From assembly GCA_964016885.1 (NCBI GenBank), contig OZ024740.1, positions 27,652,001-27,716,000 on the forward strand: a DNA stretch of 64,000 nucleotides, given 5' to 3'. Shown here one piece after another: positions 60,701 to 64,000 of this stretch. The notes under the pieces were generated by a model. It was not told the origin of the DNA. It did no database searches and saw only the letters and a program-made list of their open reading frames with translations. This DNA is from Eledone cirrhosa (lineage: Eukaryota). How positions within the stretch are numbered: the stretch's first letter is position 1; every line of letters begins with the position of its first letter. The translations under genes and the position numbers were made by a program.

Positions 60701-62550
60701 AGAGCAATACCTTGTGTCTATTGTAATCAATATTACAGGTGGTAGCATATTAGTAAAAGCAATACCTTGTGTCTATTGTAATCAATATCACAGTTGGTAA
60801 CATATTAGTAAGAGCAATACCTTGTGTCTATTGTAATCAATATTACAGGTGGTAGCATATTATTAAAAGCAATACCTTGTGTCTATTGTAATCAATATTA
60901 CAGTTGGTAACATATTAGTAAGAGCAATACCTTGTGTCTATTGTAATCAATATTACAGTTGGTAACATATTAGTAAGAGCAATACTTTGTGTCTATTGTA
61001 ATCAATATTACTGTTGGTAACATATTAGTAAAAGCAATACCTTGTGTCTATTGTAATCAATATTACAGTTGGTAACATATTAGTAAGAGCAATACCTTGT
61101 GTCTAATGTAATCAATATTACAGTTGGTAACATATTAGTAAGAGCAATACCTTGCGTCTATTGTAATCAATATTACAGTTGGTAACATATTAGTAAGAGC
61201 AATACCTTGTGTCTATTGTAATCAATATTACATTTGGTAACATATTAGTAAGAGCAATACCTTGTGTCTATTGTATTCAATATTACAGTTGGTAACATAT
61301 TAGTAAGAGCAATACCGTGTGTCTATTGTAATCAATATTACAGTTGGTAACATATTAGTAAGAGCAATACCTTGCGTCTATTGTAATCAATATTACAGTT
61401 GGTAACATATTAGTAAGAGCAATACCTTGTGTCTATTGTAATCAATATTACAGTTGGTAACATATTAGTAAGAGCAATACCTTGTGTCTATTGTAATCAA
61501 TATTACAGTTGGTAACATATTAGTAAGAGCAATACCTTGCGTCTATTGTAATCAATATTACAGTTGGTAACATATTAGTAAGAGCAATACCTTGTGTCTA
61601 TTGTAATCAATATTACAGTTGGTAACATATTAGTAAAAGCAATACCTTGTGTCTAATGTAATCAATATCACAGTTAGTAACATATTAGTAAGAGCAATAC
61701 CTTGTGTCTATTGTAATCAATATTACAGGCGGTAACATATTAGTAAAAGCAATACCTTGTGTCTATTGTAATCAATATCACAGTTGGTAACATATAAGTA
61801 AGAGCAATACCTTGTGTCTATTGTAATCAATATTACAGTTGGTAACATATTAGTAAGAGCAATACCTTGTGTCTATTGTAATCAATATTACAGTTGGTAA
61901 CATATTAGTAAGAGCAATACCTTGTGTCTATTGTAATCAATATTACAGTTGGTAACATATTAGTAAGAGCAATACCTTGTGTCTATTGTAATCAATATTA
62001 TAGTTGGTAACATATTAGTAAGAACAATACCTCGTGTCTATTGTAATCAATATTACATTTGGTAACATATTAGTAAGAACAATACCTTGTGTCTATTGTA
62101 ATCAATATTACAGTTGGTAACATATTAGTAAAAGCAATACCTTGTGTCTATTGTAATCAATATTACAGTTGGTAACATATTAGTAAGAACAATACCTCGT
62201 GTCTATTGTAATCAATATTACAGTTGGTAACATATTAGTAAGAACAATACCTTGTGTCTATTGTAATCAATATTACAGTTGGTAACATATTAGTAAGAGC
62301 AATACCTTGTGTCTATTGTAATCAATATTACAGTTGGTAACATATTAGTAAGAGCAATACCTTGTGTCTATTGTAATCAATATTACAGTTGGTAACATAT
62401 TAGTAAGAGCAATACCTCGTGTCTAATGTAATCAATATCACAGTTGGTAACATATTAGTAAGAGCAATACCTCCTTGTGTCTATGGTAATCAATATTAAG
62501 GTTGGTAACATATTAGTAAGAGCAATACCTTGTGTCTATTGTAATCAATA
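57800..62550. repeat. Tandem duplication of 44 monomers (2423 bp)
   Basis: gtaatatat 57938/60361, attactg 58589/61012, attatag 59578/62001 and variant B 60047/62470 are all offset by 2423 bp (44 x 55 + 3). Confidence 0.87.
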
Positions 62551-64000
62551 TTACAGTTGGTAACACATTAGTAAGAGCAATACCTCGTGTCTATTGTAAT
62601 CAATATTACAGTTGGTAACATATTAGTAAGAGCAATACCTGATGTCTATTTTAATCAATATTACAGGTGGTAGCATATTAGTAAAAGCAATAACTTGTGT
62701 CTATTGTAATCAATTTCACAGTTGGTAACATATTAGTAAGAGCAATACCTTGTGTCTATTGTAATCAATATTACAGGTGGTAGCATATTAGTAAAAGCAA
62801 TACCTTGTGTCTATTGTAATCAATATTACAGTTGGTAACATATTAGTAAGAGCAATACCTTGTGTCTATTGTAATCAATATTACAGTTGGTAACATATTA
62901 GTAAGAGCAATACTTTGTGTCTATTGTAATCAATATTACAGTTGGTAACATATTAGTAAAAGCAATACCTTGTGTCTATTGTAATCAATATTACAGTTGG
63001 TAACATATTAGTAAGAGCAATACCTTGTGTCTATTGTAATCAATATTACAGTTGGTAACATATTAGTAAGAGCAATACCTTGAGTCTAATGTAATCAATA
63101 TTACAGTTGGTAACATATTAGTAAGAGCAATACATTGTGTCTATTGTAATCAATATTACAGTTGGTAACATATTAGTAAGAACAATACCTCGTGTCTATT
63201 GTAATCAATATTACAGTTGGTAACATATTAGTAAGAGCAATACCTTGTGTCTATTGTAATCAATATTACAGTTGGTAACATATTAGTAAGAGCAATACCT
63301 CGTGTCTAATGTAATCAATATCACAGTTGGTAACATATTAGTAAGAGCAATACCTCCTTGTGTCTATGGTAATCAATATTAAGGTTGGTAACATATAAGT
63401 AAGAGCAATACCTTGTGTCTATTGTAATCAATATTACAGGTGGTAGCATATTAGTAAAAGCAATACCTTGTGTCTATTGTAATCAATATCACAGTTGGTA
63501 ACATATTAGTAAGAGCAATACCTTGTGTCTATTGTAATCAATATTACAGGTGGTAGCATATTAGTAAAAGCAATACCTGTGTCTATTGTAATCAATATTA
63601 CAGTTGGTAACATATTAGTAAGAGCAGTACCTTGTGTCTATTGTAATCAATATTACAGTTGGTAACATATTAGTACGAGCAATACCTTGTGTCTATTGTA
63701 ATCAATATTACAGTTGGTAACATATTAGTAAGAGCAATACCTTGTGTCTATTGTAATCAATATTACAGTTGGTAACATATTAGTAAGAGCAATACCTTGT
63801 GTCTAATGTAATCAATATTACAGTTGGTAACATATTAGTAAGAGCAATACCTTTTGTATATTGTAATCAATATTACAGTTGGTAACATATTAGTAAGAGC
63901 AATACCTTGTGTCTGTTGTAATCAATATTACAGTTGGTAACATATTAGTAAGAGCAATACCTTGTGGCTATTGTAATCAATATTACAGTTGGTAACATAT

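Larger units (their letters stand above)
1..64000. repeat. 55-bp satellite-type tandem array, about 1162.6 monomers, single orientation, extends beyond both window ends
   Basis: The consensus recurs every 55 bp from position 1 to the last monomer start at 63970. 63969 minus the net indel sum of +59 is 63910 = 1162 x 55. Most monomers differ from consensus at 0-3 positions. Confidence 0.99.
14300..64000. repeat. Right sub-domain marked by 22 copies of a 58-bp variant (variant B: ATACCTCCTTGTGTCTATGGTAATCAATATTAAGGTTGG)
   Basis: CCT duplication with linked T3G, C17A and A18G at about 14344, 15777, 16550, 17708, 19031, 21069, 27727, 31690, 34883, 37581, 41267, 43745, 47431, 50239, 52827, 53710, 55748, 56466, 57404, 60047, 62470 and 63353. 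The count of 22 agrees with the total phase shift. Confidence 0.92.

Noticed and set aside
1-64000. CRISPR array (regular period, short palindrome)
   Set aside because: There are no unique spacers: all 55 bp are repeated, and no leader or cas gene is present.
1-64000. Giant repetitive protein-coding gene
   Set aside because: The period is not a multiple of 3 and both strands hit stops. The longest consensus plus-strand open stretch is about 32 codons (EQYLVSIVINITVGNILVRAIPCVYCNQYYSW). The plus-strand consensus lacks TGA, so it would read through under a TAA/TAG-reassigned code, but nothing else supports this.
1-64000. Rolling-circle or MDA concatemer of a single small circle
   Set aside because: That would give one fixed period with random errors. 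Instead, linked variants are inherited at many different offsets and change along the array.
1-64000. Telomerase-type telomeric repeat or G-quadruplex array
   Set aside because: The unit is long with no G-tracts and negligible strand skew (A19 T20 G9 C7).
1-64000. Plasmid iterons, replication origin, promoters or terminators
   Set aside because: No rep gene or DnaA-box consensus, far too many copies, and no GC-rich stem with a U-tract. Promoter-like hexamers are expected by chance in 71% AT DNA.
1-64000. Variant order as a deliberate code or programmed diversification
   Set aside because: The patterns I traced are explained by nested duplication, deletion and short patch transfer. No template-variable pair or enzyme gene is present.

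Overview
The whole 64 kb window is one uninterrupted head-to-tail tandem array of a 55-bp AT-rich monomer (consensus ATTGTAATCAATATTACAGTTGGTAACATATTAGTAAGAGCAATACCTTGTGTCT, 16/55 = 29% GC). All copies are in one orientation and the array runs off both window edges. Phase arithmetic using the indels I found (+1, -1, -1, -1, 22 x +3, 2 x -2, -1) closes exactly on 1162 full monomers plus a partial one. I see no unique sequence, credible gene, RNA gene, mobile element or CRISPR spacer. The information lies in the order of variant monomers, which shows nested duplications of 4 to about 175 monomers (best case: a 6164-bp tandem duplication), a marker turnover zone at 12.3-14.3 kb, a recurrent 58-bp variant and a transplanted 3-monomer patch. 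This architecture is typical of eukaryotic satellite DNA. I do not recognise the monomer as a named family and cannot determine organism or function. Coordinates were counted by hand, so block boundaries are approximate.
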